Virus record (IMG/VR): IMGVR_UViG_2541047889_000001
Source of the DNA: a virus
Lineage: Duplodnaviria > Heunggongvirae > Uroviricota > Caudoviricetes
Direction: 5' to 3' (one strand)
Length of the DNA stretch: 44,368 bases
In this document: one piece after another, positions 1-9,285 of the stretch
Position numbering within the stretch: the stretch's first letter is position 1
How the letters are laid out: each line of letters begins with the position of its first letter
The notes under the pieces: generated by a model
The model's input: only the letters and a program-made list of their open reading frames with translations
Database searches by the model: none
What the model was told of the DNA's origin: nothing
Made by a program: the position numbers and the translations under genes

Positions 1-91
1 CACAACATCCGAGGACAGCAACACCCGATACTTTTTCCTGGCTTCCAGCAACGGGGTTTCTTCCTCCGTTGCATATACAGCTCACCTTTTT

Positions 92-385
92 TCACCCACG
101 ATTAACCAACAGCCAGACCAGCAGACACGCCACCACCGGCACAGCAAAATCCATCAGGCTTGCCACATCCCAAGCTCGCGGATCAAAACCGCCCCACCAC
201 GGCATATTCATTCGCTTGCCATGCCCGAACATTTCAATCCAGCGATATTCTGCCTGGGTATGTTCACGCGCAATGAAGAACGTACAACCGGCTATCGCTC
301 CGTAAGCCCAGTTTCCGGTAAAAAGACCAACCAGTATCTGCGCAGCCACAGCACAAAGTGCATGAAGTAAGGGGCTTATATCCAT
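92..385 (-). CDS. Hypothetical small membrane protein (about 3 hydrophobic segments)
   Basis: 97-aa ORF with ATG at 385 preceded by a strong AGGAGG Shine-Dalgarno. Hydrophobic stretches AVAAQILVGLF and AVPVVACLLVWLL. No family recognised. Confidence 0.45.
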   Translation of the reverse strand: MDISPLLHALCAVAAQILVGLFTGNWAYGAIAGCTFFIAREHTQAEYRWIEMFGHGKRMNMPWWGGFDPRAWDVASLMDFAVPVVACLLVWLLVNRG

Positions 386-397
386 TATTTCCTCCTT

Positions 398-676
398 TCA
401 GCTCCATTCCCGAAGCGGTGTTTCCAGCTCCACGACATAATCAGAGAATACAGAAACATCAAACAAGTCATCAAGAATGCGAATGTTGACAAAATAACCA
501 TCATTCCGGATACAGACAGGTTCTCCCTCTTCTGTTACCCCTGTTTCTGTGTAGGTGAAACCAATTTCATCAACTAACAGTTTATTCTGGAGGTCTTCAT
601 CTTCCGCCCAGCCAAGAGATGACAGGAAGGCCTTAAACTGCAGTTTGTCATGAAACTTCAAAGTTAAATCTTTCAT
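398..676 (-). CDS. Hypothetical acidic protein, translationally coupled to stf (possible fibre accessory or chaperone)
   Basis: 92-aa ORF whose ATG (676..674) overlaps the stf stop TGA (675..673) as ATGA. It occupies the position where lambda has tfa but does not resemble lambda Tfa. Confidence 0.45.
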   Translation of the reverse strand: MKDLTLKFHDKLQFKAFLSSLGWAEDEDLQNKLLVDEIGFTYTETGVTEEGEPVCIRNDGYFVNIRILDDLFDVSVFSDYVVELETPLREWS

Positions 677-2733
677 ACGACCTCTTTTAATTGCCTGTCA
701 TTTAATTCTTTATGCCATATGCGGAAATTGCGAATATGGCCAAACAGATGTCGTTCTCCAGTATTCGTCTGCCCTCCAAATCGGATATTTTTATCAGCGG
801 TCACGCCATTATATTCACAATAAACTTCATTAACCGCTTTACCATTTGTCACCACATGAAAGTGACCATCAGCTTTTGCAATACATCCAAATGTGGTTTT
901 CTCTGCAAATACATCTGTCGCTGCGCTATTAACATACGAGCCTGAAGGGTTTGACAGACTCATATATAACTTACCACTACCTCTGTTGATTGCTGCAATT
1001 GCTGATTGCCCGGTATTGGCTGCTGCTATATCCCACACGCGGGGTGCGGCGTTTGGTGCAATATCCCAGTTTTTATGAATCTCAAGTAAAAAAGTAAATG
1101 GTAACTTATAAAGATTATTTCTGGTGGGGATACTAACCAAATCACTGGCTCTTGTCGTTGCGCTGCCTCCTGAAATAATAAATGATGATACACACGGCCC
1201 ATTCTCTACTTGTGGGGTGGCAAGATAAATATAGTCACCAGATACTGTTGCCCCACCCTGCCCAGGAGAATACTGTATCTGAGAGCCTATTTTTAACTCA
1301 CCATCAATTGCCTGAATCGTTGCCTCTGCAAAAATCCAGCCCGTGGTCTTATCCTTCCTGACTCGTGCCGTAATTCTGCCGGCAGCACCACCTGTCATAC
1401 TAATTTCAAGCGTTTGCGTATCAATGTACGCATCGCCAAGAAAAGTTGTTGCACTACCATCATACTTATCAAACCGTATACGTAACCTTACCTGTCGTTC
1501 TGTTTTAAAACGGCATGAGGTTGTCACGTACTTGTTATCGCCTGAGACATCAACTGACTTTGTTGCAGCAATTGATGCCATATTAATAGCCGAAGTTTGC
1601 CCAACCAGAGAATCGTTGCAGACAAACTTTCCATAAGTAAAACCAAAACTATCCGTCCCGGTTTCGGGCACATCCATGTTTGATGACTTCCCCCAGCTGG
1701 CTGGACTTTCCGAATTGAGCATGTAGTTCGTTCTTTGTCCCTCAATAAGCAGGCCATCACACTCAAATCGCGGCTCATTAATTTCCGCCGTTTTCAGTTC
1801 GCCAGATTTGTTGATATATGTTGCCGTTGATGCGCGACTGAAATTAACCTGTTTATCACTGGCGACCTGAACCACATCGTCACCAATAGCTATTTTTTTA
1901 TAGCCCGGAGAAAAACCCGCAATCATATCCAGTGAATCGTTAAACGGTATCCACACATCAGGCAGCGGCGGCACTATATTCGCACAGGGCTCTGCAGTCA
2001 CTTCCGCTGCGGCTTCTGCGCGGTCTGCCGCCTTTTCAGCTCGTGTCGCTGCCGACAGAGCCTCATCCTTTTTCTGCCCGGCCTTTGTTGCGTCTGCTGC
2101 GGCCTCCCGCGCTTTTGTGGTGGCGACTCCGGCATTTTCAGCGGCTGACTCTGCATTACGGCGGGAAGCCTCTTCACTGTCTGCGGAGGCTTCTTCTGAC
2201 GCACGGGCATTTGTCTCTGAACGTTCTGCCGCTGTTGCTGCGTTTTGTGCGGCTGTTTTTGAAGAAGCTGCCGCTTTCGCGCTGTTACCTGCATTCGTCT
2301 CTGATGTTTTCGCCGCGTTCCTGGACGATGCCGCTGCTGTTTCTGATTTCTTTGCTGCCGCTGCGCTCTGAGAGGCGGCTTCAGCGTTGCGTGCCGCCTC
2401 TTCCACCATCTTTTCAAAACGATACAGTGCCTCCGGACAAACATCATCTTCTGTTGCAGCGCCCAGAAAATCATTCAATGTCCCCGGCTTAGAATCCTCA
2501 TACACGGTGATGGTCCCGGCATGTGAAGGCGGAAAACCTTCAACCAGCAGGGCGACGCTGTACTGGCCATACTCAACATCCATGCTGTAACGTCCGGCTT
2601 CATCCGGATTTTCTGAGGCCACCGTGTTCACCACAACTGTGGTGCTGTTACGTTTTGCTTTCAGCTGGATTGTGCAGTTCTGTACCGGTTTTCCTGTGCC
2701 GTCTTTCAGTACACCTGAAATCTTTACTGCCAT
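673..2733 (-). CDS. stf: Side tail fibre protein: lambda Stf-like N-terminus, Ala-rich shaft, divergent C-terminal domain
   Basis: N-terminus MAVKISGVLKDGTGKPVQNCTIQLKA...YSMDVEYGQYSV matches lambda Stf from memory. Start placed at ATG 2733 (the ORF track begins two codons upstream at a GTG). Confidence 0.8.
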   Translation of the reverse strand: MAVKISGVLKDGTGKPVQNCTIQLKAKRNSTTVVVNTVASENPDEAGRYSMDVEYGQYSVALLVEGFPPSHAGTITVYEDSKPGTLNDFLGAATEDDVCPEALYRFEKMVEEAARNAEAASQSAAAAKKSETAAASSRNAAKTSETNAGNSAKAAASSKTAAQNAATAAERSETNARASEEASADSEEASRRNAESAAENAGVATTKAREAAADATKAGQKKDEALSAATRAEKAADRAEAAAEVTAEPCANIVPPLPDVWIPFNDSLDMIAGFSPGYKKIAIGDDVVQVASDKQVNFSRASTATYINKSGELKTAEINEPRFECDGLLIEGQRTNYMLNSESPASWGKSSNMDVPETGTDSFGFTYGKFVCNDSLVGQTSAINMASIAATKSVDVSGDNKYVTTSCRFKTERQVRLRIRFDKYDGSATTFLGDAYIDTQTLEISMTGGAAGRITARVRKDKTTGWIFAEATIQAIDGELKIGSQIQYSPGQGGATVSGDYIYLATPQVENGPCVSSFIISGGSATTRASDLVSIPTRNNLYKLPFTFLLEIHKNWDIAPNAAPRVWDIAAANTGQSAIAAINRGSGKLYMSLSNPSGSYVNSAATDVFAEKTTFGCIAKADGHFHVVTNGKAVNEVYCEYNGVTADKNIRFGGQTNTGERHLFGHIRNFRIWHKELNDRQLKEVV

Positions 2734-2744
2734 ATTCACCCCAC

Positions 2745-2770
2745 AAAAAAGCCCGCCTGAACCGGCGGGC
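2745..2770 (-). terminator. Rho-independent terminator downstream of lom
   Basis: Plus strand aaaaaa-gcccgcc-tgaacc-ggcgggc; on the minus strand this is a GC stem followed by a T6 tract, lying between the lom stop and the stf start. Confidence 0.6.
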
Positions 2771-2797
2771 TGTCATAACACTGTGTTACCTGGCTAA

Positions 2798-3397
2798 TCA
2801 GAACTTATAACCGACACCCACGATGAAACCGTCAGTGCGCCAGTCGCCACTGCCGGAGCCTTCATAAGCAATATCAATGGCCACGGATTCGGTCGGGTTA
2901 AACTGCACGCCAGCTCCCCACGCCAGAGACGTGTTGCTGTGGCGACCGTCATCACTTCCGGTCAGCACGTCGTGCGTTTTCCCCTTGTTGTCAGTTACGC
3001 GGAGATAATCCCCGGAGAAAGTCGACACACGGCTGTAAGCCATACCCGCCATCGCATACGCGCTGAACCATTCATTCACGCGCACAGACGGCCCCACCAT
3101 CACGCTGAACCAGCGGTTACGCACGGAATCTTCATGCCAGCGGGTATCGCTGTAACGGGTAAGCTGGCGATTCTTGTCTCCTGCATAGCTGAATGACGTC
3201 ACCAGCCCCAGTGTGTCCGTAAACTCATAACGGTATTTCACGTTAATCCCGTTAAGATCATCGCTGCCGGGAACGTTCGTCGAGGCATGAAGATACCCCG
3301 CGCTCAGCGTGGACTGATGTTCAGATGCCCATGCAGGCGCACCGGATACGGCCAGACAAATGGCTGCGGACAAAATGGCGGCATAAAGTTTACGCAT
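2798..3397 (-). CDS. lom: Lom outer-membrane protein (Ail/Lom family)
   Basis: 199 aa, [39 protein letters not shown]...GVGYKF; near-identical to lambda Lom from memory, with signal peptide and C-terminal Phe typical of beta-barrel proteins. Confidence 0.93.
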
Positions 3398-3421
3398 AAT
3401 TACCTCTCGCTTTTCTGCAAT

Positions 3422-3445
3422 AAAAAAGGCACCATTTCTGGTGCC
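3422..3445 (-). terminator. Rho-independent terminator after J
   Basis: Plus strand aaaaaa-ggcacc-atttct-ggtgcc; on the minus strand a hairpin followed by a T6 tract, between the J stop (3467) and the lom start (3397). Confidence 0.6.
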
Positions 3446-3466
3446 CTTATATGGGTTATAACAATT

Positions 3467-6400
3467 TCAACGAATACTGATGCCGGAAGCGGCTTTTTTG
3501 GTCACAATCACCGTACAGTCGGTGATATTACCTGCCCACTGATTGCCTTTATGGAAAACCTTAAACTCCAGAGTGACGCTTCCCCTGCCACTCGGCATAT
3601 CAATAACCGCACTGTAGCTACCGGGAATGGCCCCTTTAGTTTCTCTGGATGCGATTAATACACCGTTTTTGCGAACTTCAAAACCATAACCCGTGTATCT
3701 TGTACCTCCCGGGTTATTACCACTTCCCGGATCGCTATACGCTATTCCGTTAAAGATAATGGGCGGAATAATGATTTGACGGTCAAAGTTATGATCATCG
3801 CTGATGGTGACTGTAACCGTCCCGTTTGGTGTTTCCGTGTTACCCCACGTACCAGCCTGTTTCGGAAATGATTTGGATACAGCTTTAACGAAGTCACCTC
3901 TGACCTGAGTCGCCTCCAGCATGCCCTTAATCGTACAGTTTTCATTTACCGTGACATTGTTGAGCGTCCCGGCGTTCGCATTCACACTGCCACTGATATC
4001 CGCATTTTTAGCGGTCAGCTTTCCGTCTGATGTCAGGGAAAATACCGGAGGACTGCCACCACTGGTAATGGTGGGGGCCGTCAGGCGCTTCAGGAACACG
4101 TCGTTCATGAATATCTGATTGCCCTGCGCCACAAACATCGGCGTTTCATTCCCGTTTGCCGGGTCAATAAATGCGATACGGTTAGCGGCAACCAGAAACT
4201 GACTCAGTTTGCCTTCCTCCGTGTCCTCCATGCTGAGGCCAATACCCGCGACATAATGTTTGCCGTCTTTGGTCTGCTCAATTTTGACGCCCCACATGGC
4301 ATTCCACTTATCGTTGGCGTCCTTCCACTCTTTCGAAAACTCCTCCAGTCTGCTGGCGTTATCCTCCGTCAGCTCGACTTTTTCCAGCAGCTCCTTGCCG
4401 AGATGGGATTCGGTTATCTTGCCTTTGAAAAAATCCAGGTAACCTTCCGCATCATCGCTCGCCCGACCGACGGCCTCCACGAATGCCGATTTGCCAACGG
4501 TGTTCACACTGCGGATATAAAAGTAATAATCATGGCCCGGTTTGATATTGATACTGGCGGCTATCCAGTACAGCGCCGTACCAAGATAGCGGGCTGTGGT
4601 TTCAACCTGCCTGATATCGGTAATCCGCTTTTCCGAGAACCAGAACTCAAACTGTACCGTCGGGTCATAAACGGCAAGATGCGGCGTGGCGGTTATCTGA
4701 AAATAGCCCGGCGTCAGCTCAATCCTCGACGGTGCTGCCGGTGCGGCAATCCGGAACGATACCGACGCCGGATCGCCCTGCTGCCCCCACGCATTTACCG
4801 CCCGGACTGTCAGCCTGTAGTTCCCCAGCGCCAGTTGCCTGAAGCGGTATGTGGTTTCCGTCGTCCGGGCCGTGCTGACCAGCCGCTCACTGCCGTCATC
4901 CGCTGTTACGGTCAGACGGAGCAGGAAGCTCACGCCCTTCACCACCTTCGGCGTGTCCCAGCGCGCCAGCACCTGATATTCCCCGCTGTCTGCGGTGACT
5001 TCGGCGGTCAGGTGCTGCACCGCTGGCGGCGTGACACCATTCACCGTGCCGCTCTGGTCGCCGTCAAAGTACGCCCCGTTATCCACGATGGCCTCTTTTT
5101 CCGGTACATGCTGCACGGCGGTGATGGCATACGTGCCGTCGTCGTTCTCACGGATACTCACGCAGCGGAACAGGCGCTGGCGCAGCGTCGGCAGCTTCAG
5201 CCCCCACACGCTGTATTCAGCAACACCGTCAGGAACACGGCTCACTTTCACCTTCACGCCGTCGGTGACGGACTGAACCTCCACGCTGATCGGATTGCCA
5301 CTTCCGTCAACCAGGCTTATCAGCGTGGTACCGGAGGATGGCAGCGTGATTTCACGGTCGAGCGTCAGCGTCCGGGTCTGGCTGTTTACCGCCAGCACGC
5401 GCCCGCCGATGCTGATACCGGCATAGTCATCATCACAGATTTCAATGACATCGCCCGGTACATGGCGAAGCCCTTCTGCGCCCACGCAGAAGTCCACGGT
5501 CTGCGTTTCCAGCAGTTCTGTTTTAATCAGCCACAGCCCGGCGCGGTGTGCCTGCCCCCGGCTGGTACAGCCAAAAGCATCCATCTTCGTGACGTTACGA
5601 CCGTAACGGGCAATGGCCTGCGTATCCTCCACAAGCTCTGTCGCCGTCTCCCAGCCGTTGTTCGGGTCAATCCAGTTCACCTCAACGGCATTATGGCGGT
5701 CTTTCAGGGCGCTGAAACTGTAGCGGAACGGCGCGCCATCATCCGGCATCACCACATTACTGCGGTTATAGGTCCACACCTTATCCGACGGTCGGTCCTG
5801 CACGAACGTCAGCGTCTGCCCGTTCCATACCGGCATACAGCGCATCGCCGAGCAGAAATCACTGAGCACATCCCACGCCTTGCGCTGTGTGGTCAGGTAC
5901 GCATTACAGGTGATGCGCGGCTCCGTGCCGCCAAAGCCGTCCGGCACTGACTGGTCGCAGTACTGGCCGATGACATACAGCGCCCATTTGTCCACATCCG
6001 CCGCACCAAGACGTTTCCCCATGCCGTAGCGTGGATGGGTCAGCATATCCCACAGACACCAGGCCATGTTATTGCTGTATGCTGGCTTAAACGTTCCGTC
6101 CCAGATACCGCTGTATTGCCGCGTCTGCGGGTTATAGTTCGACGGCACCTGCAGAATACGCCCGCGCAGATGATAATTACGGCTCACCTGCTGGCTGCCG
6201 AACTGCTCCGAATCCACCTGTACGCCGACCAGTGCCGTGTTCGGGTAGCACTGTTTCACATCGATGATTTCGGTGTATGACGACCAGAGCGTTTTGTTCT
6301 GCAGCTGGTCTGTGGTGCTGTCCGGCGTCATCCTGCGCATCCGGATATTGAACGGGCGCGGCGGCAGGTTACCCACCACCACCGAGGCCAGATACTGTGA

Positions 6401-6880
6401 GGTGGTTTTGCCTTTAATGGTGATGTCTTTTTCCGTCACCCAGCCACCGTTACGCTGTATCTGAACCAGCAGGCGGACTTCCGACGGATTCCGGTCCCCC
6501 TTTGAGGTGGTTTCCACCAGTGCCTGCACACCGAAGGTAAAGCGCAGACGGTCGATGTTTGCAGACGTGATGGTCCGGGTAATCGGCGTGTCGTACTTCA
6601 CTTCCGTACCCAGCACCGTCTCGGAGCCGGAGGATTCAAATCCCTCCGGCGGTGTCTGCTCCTGCTCACCTGCCCGGAAAACCACCGTGACACCGGAGAT
6701 ATTGGTATTCCCCTCACTGTCCAGCACTGGCGTACTGTTCAGCAGCACACTTTTTAATCCGTCCACCGGACCTTCAATCGGCCCTTCACTGATGGCGTCT
6801 ATCACGCTCAGCATCTGGGATGATTTCAGGTTGTCCTTCGCTTCGCGCGGGGTATGCCCCTTACTGCTGCCTTTACCCAT
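3467..6880 (-). CDS. J: Tail tip / host specificity protein J (central fibre)
   Basis: 1137 aa; N-terminus [20 protein letters not shown] and most of the length match lambda gpJ from memory. The C-terminal roughly 150 aa appear to differ from lambda. Confidence 0.93.
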   Translation of the reverse strand: MGKGSSKGHTPREAKDNLKSSQMLSVIDAISEGPIEGPVDGLKSVLLNSTPVLDSEGNTNISGVTVVFRAGEQEQTPPEGFESSGSETVLGTEVKYDTPITRTITSANIDRLRFTFGVQALVETTSKGDRNPSEVRLLVQIQRNGGWVTEKDITIKGKTTSQYLASVVVGNLPPRPFNIRMRRMTPDSTTDQLQNKTLWSSYTEIIDVKQCYPNTALVGVQVDSEQFGSQQVSRNYHLRGRILQVPSNYNPQTRQYSGIWDGTFKPAYSNNMAWCLWDMLTHPRYGMGKRLGAADVDKWALYVIGQYCDQSVPDGFGGTEPRITCNAYLTTQRKAWDVLSDFCSAMRCMPVWNGQTLTFVQDRPSDKVWTYNRSNVVMPDDGAPFRYSFSALKDRHNAVEVNWIDPNNGWETATELVEDTQAIARYGRNVTKMDAFGCTSRGQAHRAGLWLIKTELLETQTVDFCVGAEGLRHVPGDVIEICDDDYAGISIGGRVLAVNSQTRTLTLDREITLPSSGTTLISLVDGSGNPISVEVQSVTDGVKVKVSRVPDGVAEYSVWGLKLPTLRQRLFRCVSIRENDDGTYAITAVQHVPEKEAIVDNGAYFDGDQSGTVNGVTPPAVQHLTAEVTADSGEYQVLARWDTPKVVKGVSFLLRLTVTADDGSERLVSTARTTETTYRFRQLALGNYRLTVRAVNAWGQQGDPASVSFRIAAPAAPSRIELTPGYFQITATPHLAVYDPTVQFEFWFSEKRITDIRQVETTARYLGTALYWIAASINIKPGHDYYFYIRSVNTVGKSAFVEAVGRASDDAEGYLDFFKGKITESHLGKELLEKVELTEDNASRLEEFSKEWKDANDKWNAMWGVKIEQTKDGKHYVAGIGLSMEDTEEGKLSQFLVAANRIAFIDPANGNETPMFVAQGNQIFMNDVFLKRLTAPTITSGGSPPVFSLTSDGKLTAKNADISGSVNANAGTLNNVTVNENCTIKGMLEATQVRGDFVKAVSKSFPKQAGTWGNTETPNGTVTVTISDDHNFDRQIIIPPIIFNGIAYSDPGSGNNPGGTRYTGYGFEVRKNGVLIASRETKGAIPGSYSAVIDMPSGRGSVTLEFKVFHKGNQWAGNITDCTVIVTKKAASGISIR

Positions 6881-6940
6881 TCCTCACGCTCCAGAAACGA
6901 CAAAACCGCCCTGAGGCGGTTTCACATAAAACGTTTTTCA

Positions 6941-7612
6941 TCAACGACCAATCACCACAACCTGACCACCGTCCCCCTCGTCTGCCGTGCTGATCTCCTG
7001 AGAAGCCACCCGCGACCCCACGCGCATTTCACCGTACAGAACAGGCAGAACATTGCCCTGGGCAACCATGTTATCCAGTGAGGAGAAATAGGTGTTCTGC
7101 TTACCGTTATCCGTTGTCTGTGTACGGGGAGTTCTAGCTTTCGGTGCCAGCATCTGCGCCACACCACCAAGTACCATACTGGCACCGAGAGAAAACAGGA
7201 TACCGGTCATACCACCGGCCCCAATGGCTGCCCCCCATGCTGCAAGGGTGGCTCCGGCAGTAAAGAATGATCCGGCAATGGCGGTAGCCCCCAGAACAAT
7301 CTGGAATACGCCCCCTGACTTGGCCCCGGCGACTCTGGGAACAATATGAATCACAGCGCCGTCAGGCAGAACCTCATGTAACTGCGCCGTCAATCCGGAC
7401 GTGCTGACGTCCCGCCCGGCAATCCGTACCTGATACCAGCCGTCGCTCAGTTTCTGACGAAACGCCGGGAGCTGTGTGGCCAGCGCCCGGATGGCTTCAG
7501 CCCCCGTTTTCACACGAAGGTCGATGCGGCGGCCAAATCGTTGTAAATCCCCGTAAAGGCAGATGCGCGCCATGCCCGGTGACGCCAGAGGGAGTGTGTG
7601 CGTCGCTGCCAT
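6941..7612 (-). CDS. I: Tail tip assembly protein I
   Basis: 223 aa, MAATHTLPLASPGMARICLYGDLQRFGRRIDLRVKTGAEAIRAL...; matches lambda gpI from memory. Overlaps the end of K. Confidence 0.93.
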   Translation of the reverse strand: MAATHTLPLASPGMARICLYGDLQRFGRRIDLRVKTGAEAIRALATQLPAFRQKLSDGWYQVRIAGRDVSTSGLTAQLHEVLPDGAVIHIVPRVAGAKSGGVFQIVLGATAIAGSFFTAGATLAAWGAAIGAGGMTGILFSLGASMVLGGVAQMLAPKARTPRTQTTDNGKQNTYFSSLDNMVAQGNVLPVLYGEMRVGSRVASQEISTADEGDGGQVVVIGR

Positions 7613-8253
7613 TTGTCGGTATACCTCTCTCGTTTGCTCAGTTGTTCAGGAATATGGTGCAGCAGCTCGCCATCACCACAGTAAATGGCGGCATGATTCG
7701 GCACCGATGAACCAAAACAGCACAGCAGCACATCGCCCGGTTGTGCTGATGACAACGGCACCTGATACAGCCCTGTGGCCTCCAGATTATCCAGATAGAG
7801 ATTCTGACCGTGACGCCACCAGTCATCCCCGCGATGAAAATCCGGCATCTCAATCCCCGCCAGATGATAAGCATCCCGGAACAGCGTGTAACAGTCCGTC
7901 ACCCCGTGCTCAAAGCGCCGCCCGGTAAGATGCGGCACACAGCGGAATTTATGAATCTCACCCCGGCAGACCAGCCACCACGGCAAATCGCTCTGCACCT
8001 GCAGCCGCCTGTCAGCCTCACTCAGCCAGGGCAGACCACCGGGGTGGCTGTGGACCAGCGCCACAATCTCACCCTGCATCTCTGCCCGCAGCCAGTCCTC
8101 CGGCGACATCCGGAAATACGCCTCCGGCTCACCGGAGATATTCACGCAGGGAAAATATCTTTCCCCCTTCGGCGTTCTCACCACGAAGCCACACGACTCC
8201 GCTGGCGCACATCGCCGGGCGTGCGCCAGAATCGCTGATTCTGTCTGTGTCAT
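7510..8253 (-). CDS. K: Tail tip assembly protein K (JAMM/MPN plus NlpC/P60-type)
   Basis: Start set at ATG 8253 (MTQTESAILAHARRCAPAESCGFVV), a few bases past the L stop. JAMM-like HSHPGG...SEADR motif visible. Matches lambda gpK from memory. Confidence 0.88.
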   Translation of the reverse strand: MTQTESAILAHARRCAPAESCGFVVRTPKGERYFPCVNISGEPEAYFRMSPEDWLRAEMQGEIVALVHSHPGGLPWLSEADRRLQVQSDLPWWLVCRGEIHKFRCVPHLTGRRFEHGVTDCYTLFRDAYHLAGIEMPDFHRGDDWWRHGQNLYLDNLEATGLYQVPLSSAQPGDVLLCCFGSSVPNHAAIYCGDGELLHHIPEQLSKRERYTDKWQRRTHSLWRHRAWRASAFTGIYNDLAAASTFV

Positions 8254-8257
8254 GGGA

Positions 8258-8956
8258 TTACTGCGAAAGTTTGTTAATGGAAAGGAAGCCGCCAAAGTTG
8301 CCGACGTTATTGCGGAACTTACAACCGCTCAGGCATTTGCTGCATTTATCCTTCGTGATATCGGACGTTGGCTGGTCATATTCATCCGCGACAGCCGGAC
8401 CGCTATAACCGCACTCGTCACCGCGATAGGTCCAGGTGCAGGTGTTGGCCAGCATGATACGTCCCGGAAAAACAGCGCCATCCGTTTCCGTCGGCGTGGA
8501 CAGTACAAAGGAGGCACTCACCGCGCTCAGTTCGCTGCACTGCTCAATGCGCCAGCGGCTGATCACCTCCTGCTCCGGATCGGCATAACTGTTTCCGTTG
8601 ACGAAGTTCACCGCATCCAGAAAACGGGCGTAAACCTTACGCCGGACCACCGTTCCGCCGACCAGACTCTGCAGATCTTCCGCCATCCCGGTGACCATAC
8701 CGTACAGGTTAGAAACCGTCAGCGTGGGGCGCGTACTGGTGCCTTTGCCATTCAGTTCAAAACCGCTCCCCTGAATGGGATACGGCTGATACTGTCGCCC
8801 CTGCCAGGTGACCGGCTCACCTTTTTCGTTCTGCTCATTACAGAAAAAATAACGTTCTCCACCGACCTCTGTCAGGTCGATTTCCCAGAGCACCACGCTG
8901 GCCGACTGCTCCGCACGGGTGCATTCATTCAGTGTTTCCTGCCGGATATCCTGCAT
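8258..8956 (-). CDS. L: Tail tip protein L
   Basis: 232 aa, MQDIRQETLNECTRAEQSASVVLWEIDLTEVGGERYFFCNEQ...; matches lambda gpL from memory. Confidence 0.93.
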   Translation of the reverse strand: MQDIRQETLNECTRAEQSASVVLWEIDLTEVGGERYFFCNEQNEKGEPVTWQGRQYQPYPIQGSGFELNGKGTSTRPTLTVSNLYGMVTGMAEDLQSLVGGTVVRRKVYARFLDAVNFVNGNSYADPEQEVISRWRIEQCSELSAVSASFVLSTPTETDGAVFPGRIMLANTCTWTYRGDECGYSGPAVADEYDQPTSDITKDKCSKCLSGCKFRNNVGNFGGFLSINKLSQ

Positions 8957-9285
8957 CAGTTCACCACCTGTTCAAACTCTGCGCTGAACTCAACACGCAG
9001 CATACTGACCCGCGACGACCATTTTGCGCAGGTCACCTTTATCTGCCGCCACTCATAAGGCGGCGTCCACAGAAAGGATTTCCAGCCCCCGTGCTCTTCC
9101 AGAAACGACTCCAGTACCGTGGCCTCCTCACGGGGGACAGAAAGCGTCACGCTGTACGTTTTCAGGTTGGCATTCAGCCCGGCAGGCGCTCGCTGAGAAT
9201 AGCCATCACCAAAGCGCACCTTTCTTACAGAAGGGACCGAAGCCACATCCATACCGGGTTTCACTTTCCAGCGGAAGGTCTTCAT
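8956..9285 (-). CDS. M: Tail tip protein M
   Basis: 109 aa, MKTFRWKVKPGMDVASVPSVRKVRFGDGYSQRAPAGLNANLK...; matches lambda gpM from memory. Confidence 0.93.
   Translation of the reverse strand: MKTFRWKVKPGMDVASVPSVRKVRFGDGYSQRAPAGLNANLKTYSVTLSVPREEATVLESFLEEHGGWKSFLWTPPYEWRQIKVTCAKWSSRVSMLRVEFSAEFEQVVN

Noticed and set aside
1998-2492. Three overlapping ORFs of 84 to 158 aa on both strands
   Set aside because: All lie within the Ala-rich repetitive shaft of stf; low-complexity coding sequence produces open frames in several phases.
4256-5950. 564-aa plus-strand ORF
   Set aside because: Lies wholly antisense inside J, whose identity is secure. Arg/His/Pro-rich composition is typical of a GC-rich antisense frame, and there is no Shine-Dalgarno context.
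8252-9058. 268-aa plus-strand ORF
   Set aside because: Antisense to L and M with no start-site support.
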